Assembly: GCA_964016885.1 (NCBI GenBank)
Contig: OZ024743.1
Coordinates: 233,802,001 to 233,866,000 of the forward strand
Length of the DNA stretch: 64,000 nt
Source of the DNA: Eledone cirrhosa
Lineage: Eukaryota
Direction of reading: 5' to 3'
The notes under the pieces are model-generated. The model did not search any database. It worked only from the letters and a program-made list of their open reading frames with translations, and was not told the DNA's origin. Position numbers and translations under genes: made by a program. This document shows, in pieces, positions 1 through 11,300 of the stretch (its first letter is position 1; the number at the start of each line of letters is the position of its first letter).

Positions 1-244
1 GCGGTCGGTTTGCGATTGAAAAGGTAACTCCGCCGGCAAATCGTCATTTTTGGATTCGTTTTCTTCGAAGCACACCATTCGCCGGCGGACTTTGTTGACG
101 TTTAACACGGTTTGGTTCCACAGCCACAACTATTGATTTTACGGAGATATCTTGCTGAAATTCACGCCACACATAGCCAATGAGTGTCTGCACATGTACA
201 AGTAATTACAGATCGATCCGACCACGGGCGGCCGGCCCGCGATT

Positions 245-307
245 GAAAAGGTAACTCCGCCGGCAAATCGTCATTTTTGGATTCGTTTTCTTCGAAGCAC
301 ACCATTC
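245..307 (+). ncRNA. Speculative SL-RNA/Sm-class small-RNA-like core, present in every monomer (first full copy given)
   Basis: AAG|GTAAC donor-like motif at 248-255 and ATTTTTGG Sm-site-like motif at 273-280, followed by a short TTCG/CGAA hairpin containing a T-run. No variant was seen in this segment. No known SL exon was recognised, so this rests on motifs only. Confidence 0.2.
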
Positions 308-316
308 GCCGGCGGA
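256..316. repeat. Intra-monomer inverted repeat TCCGCCGGCAAAT / ATTCGCCGGCGGA (12 of 13 complementary, 35-nt spacer), repeated in every unit
   Basis: Arms at 256-268 and 304-316, read directly. The right arm is altered in units carrying the GGCTGA, GGTGGA, GCCAGC or CCGACT variants. Confidence 0.9.
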
Positions 317-3300
317 CTTTGTTGACGTTTAACACGGTTTGGTTCCACAGCCACAACTATTGATTTTACGGAGATATCTTGCTGAAATTCACGCCACACA
401 TAGCCAATGAGTGTCTGCACATGTACCAGTAATTACAGATCGATCCGACCACGGGCGGCCGGCCCGCGATTGAAAAGGTAACTCCGCCGGCAAATCGTCA
501 TTTTTGGATTCGTTTTCTTCGAAGCACACCATTCGCCGGCGGACTTTGTTGACGTTTAACACGGTTTGGTTCCACAGCCACAACTATTGATTTTAAGGAG
601 ATATCTTGCTGAAATTCACGCCACACATAGCCAATGAGTGTCTGCACAGGTACCAGTAATTACAGATCGATCCGACCACGGGCGGCCGGCCCGCGATTGA
701 AAAGGTAACTCCGCCGGCAAATCGTCATTTTTGGATTCGTTTTCTTCGAAGCACACCATTCGCCGGCTGACTTTGTTGACGTTTAACACGGTTTGGTTCC
801 ACAGCCACAACTATTGATTTTACGGAGATATCTTGCTGAAATTCACGCCACACATAGCCAATGAGTGTCTGCACATGTACCAGTAATTACAGATCGATCC
901 GACCACGGGCGGTCGGTTTGCGATTGAAAAGGTAACTCCGCCGGCAAATCGTCATTTTTGGATTCGTTTTCTTCGAAGCACACCATTCGCCGGCGGACTT
1001 TGTTGACGTTTAACACGGTTTGGTTCCACAGCCACAACTATTGATTTTACGGAGATATCTTGCTGAAATTCACGCCACACATAGCCAATGAGTGTCTGCA
1101 CATGTACAAGTAATTACAGATCGATCCGACCACGGGCGGCCGGCCCGCGATTGAAAAGGTAACTCCGCCGGCAAATCGTCATTTTTGGATTCGTTTTCTT
1201 CGAAGCACACCATTCGCCGGCGGACTTTGTTGACGTTTAACACGGTTTGGTTCCACAGCCACAACTATTGATTTTACGGAGATATCTTGCTGAAATTCAC
1301 GCCACACATAGCCAATGAGTGTCTGCACATGTACCAGTAATTACAGATCGATCCGACCACGGGCGGCCGGCCCGCGATTGAAAAGGTAACTCCGCCGGCA
1401 AATCGTCATTTTTGGATTCGTTTTCTTCGAAGCACACCATTCGCCGGCGGACTTTGTTGACGTTTAACACGGTTTGGTTCCACAGCCACAACTATTGATT
1501 TTAAGGAGATATCTTGCTGAAATTCACGCCACACATAGCCAATGAGTGTCTGCACAGGTACCAGTAATTACAGATCGATCCGACCACGGGCGGCCGGCCC
1601 GCGATTGAAAAGGTAACTCCGCCGGCAAATCGTCATTTTTGGATTCGTTTTCTTCGAAGCACACCATTCGCCGGCGGACTTTGTTGACGTTTAACACGGT
1701 TTGGTTCCACAGCCACAACTATTGATTTTACGGAGATATCTTCCTGAAATTCACGCCACACATAGCCAATGAGTGTCTGCACATGTACCAGTAATTACAG
1801 ATCGATCCGACCACGGGCGGCCGGCCCGCGATTGAAAAGGTAACTCCGCCGGCAAATCGTCATTTTTGGATTCGTTTTCTTCGAAGCACACCATTCGCCG
1901 GCGGACTTTGTTGACGTTTAACACGGTTTGGTTCCACAGCCACAACTATTGATTTTACGGAGATATCTTGCTGAAATTCACGCCACACATAGCCAATGAG
2001 TGTCTGCACATGTACCAGTAATTACAGATCGATCCGACCACGGGCGGTCGGTTTGCGATTGAAAAGGTAACTCCGCCGGCAAATCGTCATTTTTGGATTC
2101 GTTTTCTTCGAAGCACACCATTCGCCGGCTGACTTTGTTGACGTTTAACACGGTTTGGTTCCACAGCCACAACTATTGATTTTACGGAGATATCTTGCTG
2201 AAATTCACGCCACACATAGCCAATGAGTGTCTGCACATGTACCAGTAATTACAGATCGATCAGACCACGGGCGGTCGGTTTGCGATTGAAAAGGTAACTC
2301 CGCCGGCAAATCGTCATTTTTGGATTCGTTTTCTTCGAAGCACACCATTCGCCGGCGGACTTTGTTGACGTTTAAGACGGTTTGGTTCCACAGCCACAAC
2401 TATTGATTTTACGGAGATATCTTGCTGAAATTCACGCCACACATAGCCAATGAGTGTCTGCACATGTACCAGTAATTACAGATCGATCCGACCACGGGCG
2501 GCCGGCCCGCGATTGAAAAGGTAACTCCGCCGGCAAATCGTCATTTTTGGATTCGTTTTCTTCGAAGCACACCATTCGCCGGCTGACTTTGTTGATGTTT
2601 AACACGGTTTGGTTCCACAGCCACAACTATTGATTTTACGGAGATATCTTGCTGAAATTCACGCCACACATAGCCAATGAGTGTCTGCACAGGTACCAGT
2701 AATTACAGATCGATCCGACCACGGGCGGCCGGCCCGCTATTGAAAAGGTAACTCCGCCGGCAAATCGTCATTTTTGGATTCGTTTTCTTCGAAGCACACC
2801 ATTCGCCGGCGGACTTTGTTGACGTTTAACACGGTTTGGTTCCACAGCCACAACTATTGATTTTACGGAGATATCTTGCTGAAATTCACGCCACACAGCC
2901 AATGAGTGTCTGCACATGTACCAGTAATTACAGATCGATCCGACCAGGGGCGGCCGGCCCGCGATTGAAAAGGTAACTCCGCCGGCAAATCGTCATTTTT
3001 GGATTCGTTTTCTTCGAAGCACACCATTCGCCGGCGGACTTTGTTGACGTTTAACACGGTTTGGTTCCACAGCCACAACTATTGATTTTACGGAGATATC
3101 TTGCTTAAATTCACGCCACACATAGCCAATGAGTCTCTGCACATGTACCAGTAATTACAGATCGATCCGACCACGGGCGGTCGGTTTGCGATTGAAAAGG
3201 TAACTCCGCCGGCAAATCGTCATTTTTGGATTCGTTTTCTTCGAAGCACACCATTCGCCGGCGGACTTTGTTGACGTTTAACACGGTTTGGTTCCACAGC

Positions 3301-3337
3301 CACAACTATTGATTTTACGGAGATATCTTGCTGAAAT

Positions 3338-3564
3338 TCACGCCACACATAGCCAATGAGTGTCTGCACATGTACCAGTAATTACAGATCGATCCGACCA
3401 CGGGCGGCCGGCCCGCGATTGAAAAGGTAACTCCGCCGGCAAATCGTCATTTTTGGATTCGTTTTCTTCGAAGCACACCATTCGCCGGCGGACTTTGTTG
3501 ACGTTTAACACGGTTTGGTTCCACAGCCACAACTATTGATTTTACGGAGATATCTTGCTGAAAT
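3338..3564 (+). repeat. Representative consensus monomer: TCACGCCACACATAGCCAATGAGTGTCTGCACATGTACCAGTAATTACAGATCGATCCGACCACGGGCGGCCGGCCCGCGATTGAAAAGGTAACTCCGCCGGCAAATCGTCATTTTTGGATTCGTTTTCTTCGAAGCACACCATTCGCCGGCGGACTTTGTTGACGTTTAACACGGTTTGGTTCCACAGCCACAACTATTGATTTTACGGAGATATCTTGCTGAAAT
   Basis: Read directly from the sequence. It is the most frequent unit type (e.g. also 57126-58487). The monomer phase is arbitrary. Confidence 0.97.
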
Positions 3565-6500
3565 TCACGCCACACATAGCCAATGAGTGTCTGCACATGT
3601 ACCAGTAATTACAGATCGATCCGACCACGGGCGGCCGGCCCGCGATTGAAAAGGTAACTCCGCCGGCAAATCGTCATTTTTGGATTCGTTTTCTTCGAAG
3701 CACACCATTCGCCGGCGGACTTTGTTGACGTTTAACACGGTTTGGTTCCACAGCCACAACTATTGATTTTACGGAGATATCTTGCTGAAATTCACGCCAC
3801 ACATAGCCAATGAGTGTCTGCACATGTACCAGTAATTACAGATCGATCCGACCACGGGCGGCCGGCCCGCGATTGAAAAGGTAACTCCGCCGGCAAATCG
3901 TCATTTTTGGATTCGTTTTCTTCGAAGCACACCATTCGCCGGCGGACTTTGTTGACGTTTAACACGGTTTGGTTCCACAGCCACAACTATTGATTTTACG
4001 GAGATATCTTGCTGAAATTCACGCCACACATAGCCAATGAGTCTCTGCACATGTACCAGTAATTACAGATCGATCCGACCACGGGCGGTCGGTTTGCGAT
4101 TGAAAAGGTAACTCCGCCGGCAAATCGTCATTTTTGGATTCGTTTTCTTCGAAGCACACCATTCGCCGGCGGACTTTGTTGACGTTTAAGACGGTTTGGT
4201 TCCACAGCCACAACTATTGATTTTACGGAGATACCTTCCTGAAATTCACGCCACACATAGCCAATGAGTGTCTGCACATGTACCAGTAATTACAGATCGA
4301 TCCGACCACGGGCGGCCGGCCCGCGATTGAAAAGGTAACTCCGCCGGCAAATCGTCATTTTTGGATTCGTTTTCTTCGAAGCACACCATTCGCCGGCTGA
4401 CTTTGTTGACGTTTAACACGGTTTGGTTCCACAGCCACAACTATTGATTTTACGGAGATATCTTGCTGAAATTCACGCCACACATAGCCAATGAGTGTCT
4501 GCACATGTACCAGTAATTACAGATCGATCCGACCACGGGCGGCCGGCCCGCGATTGAAAAGGTAACTCCGCCGGCAAATCGTCATTTTTGGATTCGTTTT
4601 CTTCGAAGCACACCATTCGCCGGCGGACTTTGTTGACGTTTAACACGGTTTGGTTCCACAGCCACAACTATTGATTTTACGGAGATATCTTGCTGAAATT
4701 CACGCCACACATAGCCAATGAGTGTCTGCACATGTACCAGTAATTACAGATCGATCCGACCACGGGCGGCCGGCCCGCGATTGAAAAGGTAACTCCGCCG
4801 GCAAATCGTCATTTTTGGATTCGTTTTCTTCGAAGCACACCATTCGCCGGCGGACTTTGTTGACGTTTAACACGGTTTGGTTCCACAGCCACAACTATTG
4901 ATTTTACGGAGATATCTTGCTGAAATTCACGCCACACATAGCCAATGAGTCTCTGCACATGTACCATTAATTACAGATCGATCCGACCACGGGCGGTCGG
5001 TTTGCGATTGAAAAGGTAACTCCGCCGGCAAATCGTCATTTTTGGATTCGTTTTCTTCGAAGCACACCATTCGCCGGCTGACTTTGTTGACGTTTAACAC
5101 GGTTTGGTTCCACAGCCACAACTATTGATTTTAAGGAGATATCTTGCTGAAATTCACGCCACACATAGCCAATGAGTGTCTGCACAGGTACCAGTAATTA
5201 CAGATCGATCCGACCACGGGCGGCCGGCCCGCGATTGAAAAGGTAACTCCGCCGGCAAATCGTCATTTTTGGATTCGTTTTCTTCGAAGCACACCATTCG
5301 CCGGCGGACTTTGTTGACGTTTAACACGGTTTGGTTCCACAGCCACAACTATTGATTTTACGGAGATATCTTGCTGAAATTCACGCCACACATAGCCAAT
5401 GAGTGTCTGCACATGTACCAGTAATTACAGATCGATCCGACCACGGGCGGCCGGCCCGCGATTGAAAAGGTAACTCCGCCGGCAAATCGTCATTTTTGGA
5501 TTCGTTTTCTTCGAAGCACACCATTCGCCGGCGGACTTTGTTGACGTTTAACACGGTTTGGTTCCACAGCCACAACTATTGATTTTACGGAGATATCTTG
5601 CTGAAATTCACGCCACACATAGCCAATGAGTGTCTGCACATGTACCAGTAATTACAGATCGATCCGACCACGGGCGGCCGGCCCGCGATTGAAAAGGTAA
5701 CTCCGCCGGCAAATCGTCATTTTTGGATTCGTTTTCTTCGAAGCACACCATTCGCCGGCGGACTTTGTTGACGTTTAACACGGTTTGGTTCCACAGCCAC
5801 AACTATTGATTTTACGGAGATATCTTGCTGAAATTCACGCCACACATAGCCAATGAGTGTCTGCACATGTACCAGTAATTACAGATCGATCCGACCACGG
5901 GCGGCCGGCCCGCGATTGAAAAGGTAACTCCGCCGGCAAATCGTCATTTTTGGATTCGTTTTCTTCGAAGCACACCATTCGCCGGCGGACTTTGTTGACG
6001 TTTAACACGGTTTGGTTCCACAGCCACAACTATTGATTTTACGGAGATATCTTGCTGAAATTCACGCCACACATAGCCAATGAGTGTCTGCACATGTACC
6101 AGTAATTACAGATCGATCCGACCACGGGCGGCCGGCCCGCGATTGAAAAGGTAACTCCGCCGGCAAATCGTCATTTTTGGATTCGTTTTCTTCGAAGCAC
6201 ACCATTCGCCGGCGGACTTTGTTGACGTTTAACACGGTTTGGTTCCACAGCCACAACTATTGATTTTACGGAGATATCTTGCTGAAATTCACGCCACACA
6301 TAGCCAATGAGTCTCTGCACATGTACCAGTAATTACAGATCGATCCGACCACGGGCGGTCGGTTTGCGATTGAAAAGGTAACTCCGCCGGCAAATCGTCA
6401 TTTTTGGATTCGTTTTCTTCGAAGCACACCATTCGCCGGCGGACTTTGTTGACGTTTAAGACGGTTTGGTTCCACAGCCACAACTATTGATTTTACGGAG

Positions 6501-8331
6501 ATACCTTCCTGAAATTCACGCCACACATAGCCAATGAGTGTCTGCACATGTACCAGTAATTACAGATCGATCCGACCACGGGCGGCCGGCCCGCGATTGA
6601 AAAGGTAACTCCGCCGGCAAATCGTCATTTTTGGATTCGTTTTCTTCGAAGCACACCATTCGCCGGCTGACTTTGTTGACGTTTAACACGGTTTGGTTCC
6701 ACAGCCACAACTATTGATTTTACGGAGATATCTTGCTGAAATTCACGCCACACATAGCCAATGAGTGTCTGCACATGTACCAGTAATTACAGATCGATCC
6801 GACCACGGGCGGCCGGCCCGCGATTGAAAAGGTAACTCCGCCGGCAAATCGTCATTTTTGGATTCGTTTTCTTCGAAGCACACCATTCGCCGGCGGACTT
6901 TGTTGACGTTTAACACGGTTTGGTTCCACAGCCACAACTATTGATTTTACGGAGATATCTTGCTGAAATTCACGCCACACATAGCCAATGAGTGTCTGCA
7001 CATGTACCAGTAATTACAGATCGATCCGACCACGGGCGGCCGGCCCGCGATTGAAAAGGTAACTCCGCCGGCAAATCGTCATTTTTGGATTCGTTTTCTT
7101 CGAAGCACACCATTCGCCGGCGGACTTTGTTGACGTTTAACACGGTTTGGTTCCACAGCCACAACTATTGATTTTACGGAGATATCTTGCTGAAATTCAC
7201 GCCACACATAGCCAATGAGTCTCTGCACATGTACCATTAATTACAGATCGATCCGACCACGGGCGGTCGGTTTGCGATTGAAAAGGTAACTCCGCCGGCA
7301 AATCGTCATTTTTGGATTCGTTTTCTTCGAAGCACACCATTCGCCGGCTGACTTTGTTGACGTTTAACACGGTTTGGTTCCACAGCCACAACTATTGATT
7401 TTAAGGAGATATCTTGCTGAAATTCACGCCACACATAGCCAATGAGTGTCTGCACAGGTACCAGTAATTACAGATCGATCCGACCACGGGCGGCCGGCCC
7501 GCGATTGAAAAGGTAACTCCGCCGGCAAATCGTCATTTTTGGATTCGTTTTCTTCGAAGCACACCATTCGCCGGCGGACTTTGTTGACGTTTAACACGGT
7601 TTGGTTCCACAGCCACAACTATTGATTTTACGGAGATATCTTGCTGAAATTCACGCCACACATAGCCAATGAGTGTCTGCACATGTACCAGTAATTACAG
7701 ATCGATCCGACCACGGGCGGCCGGCCCGCGATTGAAAAGGTAACTCCGCCGGCAAATCGTCATTTTTGGATTCGTTTTCTTCGAAGCACACCATTCGCCG
7801 GCGGACTTTGTTGACGTTTAACACGGTTTGGTTCCACAGCCACAACTATTGATTTTACGGAGATATCTTGCTGAAATTCACGCCACACATAGCCAATGAG
7901 TGTCTGCACATGTACCAGTAATTACAGATCGATCCGACCACGGGCGGCCGGCCCGCGATTGAAAAGGTAACTCCGCCGGCAAATCGTCATTTTTGGATTC
8001 GTTTTCTTCGAAGCACACCATTCGCCGGCGGACTTTGTTGACGTTTAACACGGTTTGGTTCCACAGCCACAACTATTGATTTTACGGAGATATCTTGCTG
8101 AAATTCACGCCACACATAGCCAATGAGTGTCTGCACATGTACCAGTAATTACAGATCGATCCGACCACGGGCGGCCGGCCCGCGATTGAAAAGGTAACTC
8201 CGCCGGCAAATCGTCATTTTTGGATTCGTTTTCTTCGAAGCACACCATTCGCCGGCGGACTTTGTTGACGTTTAACACGGTTTGGTTCCACAGCCACAAC
8301 TATTGATTTTACGGAGATATCTTGCTGAAAT
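3338..8331. repeat. 10-monomer (2270-bp) higher-order duplication
   Basis: The rare marker GATACCTTCC occurs at ~4230 and ~6500 (offset 2270), and the order of unit variants matches at this offset (4019/6289, 4246/6516, 4927/7197, 5154/7424). Confidence 0.9.
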
Positions 8332-11300
8332 TCACGCCACACATAGCCAATGAGTCTCTGCACATGTACCATTAATTACAGATCGATCCGACCACGGGCG
8401 GTCGGTTTGCGATTGAAAAGGTAACTCCGCCGGCAAATCGTCATTTTTGGATTCGTTTTCTTCGAAGCACACCATTCGCCGGCTGACTTTGTTGACGTTT
8501 AACACGGTTTGGTTCCACAGCCACAACTATTGATTTTAAGGAGATAACTTGCTGAAATTCACGCCACACATAGCCAATGAGTGTCTGCACAGGTACCAGT
8601 AATTACAGATCGATCCGACCACGGGCGGCCGGCCCGCGATTGAAAAGGTAACTCCGCCGGCAAATCGTCATTTTTGGATTCGTTTTCTTCGAAGCACACC
8701 ATTCGCCGGCGGACTTTGTTGACGTTTAACACGGTTTGGTTCCACAGCCACAACTATTGATTTTACGGAGATATCTTGCTGAAATTCACGCCACACATAG
8801 CCAATGAGTGTCTGCACATGTACCAGTAATTACAGATCGATCCGACCACGGGCGGCCGGCCCGCGATTGAAAAGGTAACTCCGCCGGCAAATCGTCATTT
8901 TTGGATTCGTTTTCTTCGAAGCACACCATTCGCCGGCGGACTTTGTTGACGTTTAACACGGTTTGGTTCCACAGCCACAACTATTGATTTTACGGAGATA
9001 TCTTGCTGAAATTCACGCCACACATAGCCAATGAGTCTCTGCACATGTACCAGTAATTACAGATCGATCCGACCACGGGCGGTCGGTTTGCGATTGAAAA
9101 GGTAACTCCGCCGGCAAATCGTCATTTTTGGATTCGTTTTCTTCGAAGCACACCATTCGCCGGCGGACTTTGTTGACGTTTAAGACGGTTTGGTTCCACA
9201 GCCACAACTATTGATTTTACGGAGATATCTTCCTGAAATTCACGCCACACATAGCCAATGAGTGTCTGCACATGTACCAGTAATTACAGATCGATCCGAC
9301 CACGGGCGGCCGGCCCGCGATTGAAAAGGTAACTCCGCCGGCAAATCGTCATTTTTGGATTCGTTTTCTTCGAAGCACACCATTCGCCGACTGACTTTGT
9401 TGACGTTTAAGACGGTTTGGTTCCACAGCCACAACTATTGATTTTACGGAGATATCTTGCTGAAATTCACGCCACACATAGCCAATGAGTGTCTGCACAT
9501 GTACCAGTAATTACAGATCGATCCGACCACGGGCGGCCGGCCCGCGATTGAAAAGGTAACTCCGCCGGCAAATCGTCATTTTTGGATTCGTTTTCTTCGA
9601 AGCACACCATTCGCCGGCGGACTTTGTTGACGTTTAACACGGTTTGGTTCCACAGCCACAACTATTGATTTTACGGAGATATCTTGCTGAAATTCACGCC
9701 ACACATAGCCAATGAGTGTCTGCACATGTACCAGTAATTACAGATCGATCCGACCACGGGCGGTCGGTTTGCGATTGAAAAGGTAACTCCGCCGGCAAAT
9801 CGTCATTTTTGGATTCGTTTTCTTCGAAGCACACCATTCGCCGGCTGACTTTGTTGACGTTTAACACGGTTTGGTTCCACAGCCACAACTATTGATTTTA
9901 CGGAGATATCTTGCTGAAATTCACGCCACACATAGCCAATGAGTGTCTGCACATGTACCAGTAATTACAGATCGATCCGACCACGGGCGGTCGGTTTGCG
10001 ATTGAAAAGGTAACTCCGCCGGCAAATCGTCATTTTTGGATTCGTTTTCTTCGAAGCACACCATTCGCCGGCGGACTTTGTTGACGTTTAACACGGTTTG
10101 GTTCCACAGCCACAACTATTGATTTTACGGAGATATCTTGCTGAAATTCACGCCACACATAGCCAATGAGTGTCTGCACATGTACAAGTAATTACAGATC
10201 GATCCGACCACGGGCGGCCGGCCCGCGATTGAAAAGGTAACTCCGCCGGCAAATCGTCATTTTTGGATTCGTTTTCTTCGAAGCACACCATTCGCCGGCG
10301 GACTTTGTTGACGTTTAACACGGTTTGGTTCCACAGCCACAACTATTGATTTTACGGAGATATCTTGCTGAAATTCACGCCACACATAGCCAATGAGTGT
10401 CTGCACATGTACCAGTAATTACAGATCGATCCGACCACGGGCGGCCGGCCCGCGATTGAAAAGGTAACTCCGCCGGCAAATCGTCATTTTTGGATTCGTT
10501 TTCTTCGAAGCACACCATTCGCCGGCGGACTTTGTTGACGTTTAACACGGTTTGGTTCCACAGCCACAACTATTGATTTTACGGAGATATCTTGCTGAAA
10601 TTCACGCCACACATAGCCAATGAGTCTCTGCACATGTACCATTAATTACAGATCGATCCGACCACGGGCGGTCGGTTTGCGATTGAAAAGGTAACTCCGC
10701 CGGCAAATCGTCATTTTTGGATTCGTTTTCTTCGAAGCACACCATTCGCCGGCTGACTTTGTTGACGTTTAACACGGTTTGGTTCCACAGCCACAACTAT
10801 TGATTTTAAGGAGATATCTTGCTGAAATTCACGCCACACATAGCCAATGAGTGTCTGCACAGGTACCAGTAATTACAGATCGATCCGACCACGGGCGGCC
10901 GGCCCGCGATTGAAAAGGTAACTCCGCCGGCAAATCGTCATTTTTGGATTCGTTTTCTTCGAAGCACACCATTCGCCGGCGGACTTTGTTGACGTTTAAC
11001 ACGGTTTGGTTCCACAGCCACAACTATTGATTTTACGGAGATATCTTGCTGAAATTCACGCCACCCATAGCCAATGAGTGTCTGCACATGTATCAGTAAT
11101 TACAGATCGATCCGACCACGGGCGGCCGGCCCGCGATTGAAAAGGTAACTCCGCCGGCAAATCGTCATTTTTGGATTCGTTTTCTTCGAAGCACACCATT
11201 CGCCGGTGGACTTTGTTGACGTTTAACACGGTTTGGTTCCACAGCCACAACTATTGATTTTACGGAGATATCTTGCTGAAATTCACGCCACACATAGCCA

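Noticed and set aside
281-305. CENP-B box-like motifs (TTCGTTTTCTTCGAA; TTCGAAGCACACCAT)
   Set aside because: Each matches only 6 of the 9 essential positions of TTCGNNNNANNCGGG and lacks the CGGG end.
256-316. MITE terminal inverted repeats or a rho-independent terminator
   Set aside because: The inverted repeat spans only 61 bp, with no target-site duplication. The loop is too long for a terminator and there is no upstream gene.
162-388. 5S rRNA, tRNA or U1/U2 snRNA tandem gene unit
   Set aside because: I recognised no 5S conserved sequence, cloverleaf, convincing Pol III B-box (GTTCRANNC) or U1/U2 5' sequence on either strand. A covariance-model search was not possible.
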